This document shows, in pieces, positions 62,647-64,000 of a DNA stretch of 64,000 nucleotides. Source of the DNA: Amphiscolops sp. MND2022 (lineage: Eukaryota); assembly GCA_964187785.1 (NCBI GenBank), contig OZ076409.1, positions 95,854,001 through 95,918,000 of the forward strand. Reading direction: 5' to 3'. Both the position numbers and the translations under genes were made by a program. The notes beneath the pieces were generated by a model. That model saw nothing but the letters and a program-made list of their open reading frames with translations. It ran no database searches and was not told where the DNA came from. Position 1 is the first letter of the stretch, and each line of letters opens with the position of its first letter.

Positions 62647-63698
62647 ATTGTGCGATAAGCAAGTGTTATGGGAAAGTGCGGGTGCTTTTTTTCCGCGCGA
62701 CAACTCTCTCGTTTCAGACCGCAAGTCGCATAATTCAGACTTTTTTGGTCTAGCGGTAAGATGCTTGCTTTTCAACCCAGAGGGTCCGGGTTCGAACCCG
62801 TGCCTATGCGCTAATTTTTTTTTACAAAATTTTCGAAGCAGAAGATTCTCACTTTTTTCGACAATATGAGACCCCCCTCCCTCTTTTCGGCTTTTTGAGA
62901 CTTATTTTCGAAAATTTTTTAATGTCCCCAAAAGGTCCTCCCTTCATTTTTTTTGATATTTTGCAACAGAACGAACGTTAAAAAATTCAAAAGGGTCTCT
63001 TCTTTCAGATTTTTCGGCACTATGAGACTGTTAAAATTTCGCATTTTTTCGATAATTTTTCGAAGTCTCCAAATGGTCCCCCTTCAATTTTTTTGAAATA
63101 TCGCAAAAGAATGGATGTTAAAAAATCTCAAAGAACCCCCCTTTCACAGTTTTCGGCCTTGCGAGATTTTTCAAAAGTAAAAATTTTTGTCTTAAAGTTA
63201 GGTTTTTTCAGGCCCAGCACGCTTTATCCGATTTTTTTCCAAAGACCGGTGTTTTTCATATGCGACTTTTTCAATTTTTTTCATCGAAGTCCCCCCTCAA
63301 TTTTTACCAAAAACGAAACGTTTGGCGACTCTAAAGGACTCGTCAAGGTTTTCGGCACTAAGCGACTTCAAAGAAATTGCCGGTAACCTTCAAAAAAAAT
63401 TTTCGAAAATATTTTGGAAAAATTTCGGAAAATTTTTGAAAAAAATTCAAAAAAATTTCTCCTTCAGTTTTCTGTTTGTTTTTAAGGTTTTCCGTTGAGG
63501 AAGATGGGTTTTTTTGCTGTTTTCAGTTGGGGAAGAATGGTTTCCGAGACTTATGCCCATCCCTCGGGTATTTTTTGGCGCTGTAAAATTGATGAAATTT
63601 TAACATACTCCTTTTACCCTTGGTTCTACGTATGATATTGCTTTTTTGGTTTTCAAAACTTCGCAAGTGTTTGCGAAGCACGGCTTCGCCTCTGTGTC
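62647..63698 (+). mobile_element. HINE-like element with a family C-type 3' hairpin and tRNA-like segment
   Basis: A box TGGTCTAGCGG and B box GGTTCGAACCC at ~62746-62800; ends GCGAAGCacgGCTTCGCCTCTGTGT. Confidence 0.55.
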
Positions 63699-63747
63699 GA
63701 ACTAGCAAGATCTTGCTAGTTCGTTGCGGCATATGTATCGTAATGAA

Positions 63748-64000
63748 AACAAGCCGGGAACGGTCCAAGTCGGCGCTATATACAAGGCTCAGCAAATTGT
63801 GAAATTCGAGGAAAAAATCGATAATGCTATACGAGAAATGAAGACGTTTTATCCGAACTTCGAAAACGTTACTTTCGAACTTTGAAAACGGTACATTCGA
63901 ACTTTGAAAACGTTATATCCGAACTTTGAAAACGTTACATCCGAACTTTGAAAACGTTATATCCGTACTTTGAAAACGTTACATCCAAACTTTGAAACGT
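63748..64000 (-). mobile_element. HINE family A 3' end followed by a ~22-bp minisatellite
   Basis: AACAAGCCGGGAACGG...AGTCGGCGC; CCGAACTTTGAAAACGTTAYAT-like units repeated to the window end. Confidence 0.7.

Overview
AT-rich, intron-containing eukaryotic (probably invertebrate animal) DNA; the taxon cannot be fixed from sequence alone. The host content is a + strand tandem cluster of three spliced DNAJC4/DnaJ-60-like J-domain co-chaperone genes (about 3.0-15.2, 16.9-46.9 and 49.1-54.6 kb). They share intron positions and phases: a phase-0 intron just before LHPD and phase-2 introns elsewhere. Paralog 1 appears to have two alternative transmembrane tails. The introns are filled with mobile DNA: at least four families of Helentron-associated (HINE/DINE-1-like) non-autonomous elements, hAT-type MITEs with 8-bp target-site duplications (TSDs), pogo/Tigger relics, a decayed Ty3/gypsy element, Penelope-like RT fragments with a PHD-like insert, an env-only LTR element nested in a pogo, and a ~15-kb macrosatellite of ~1.49-kb units built from a CACTA/EnSpm-like transposase. 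Most ORFs in the supplied track are spurious readings of repeats. All calls were made by eye, with no database searches.
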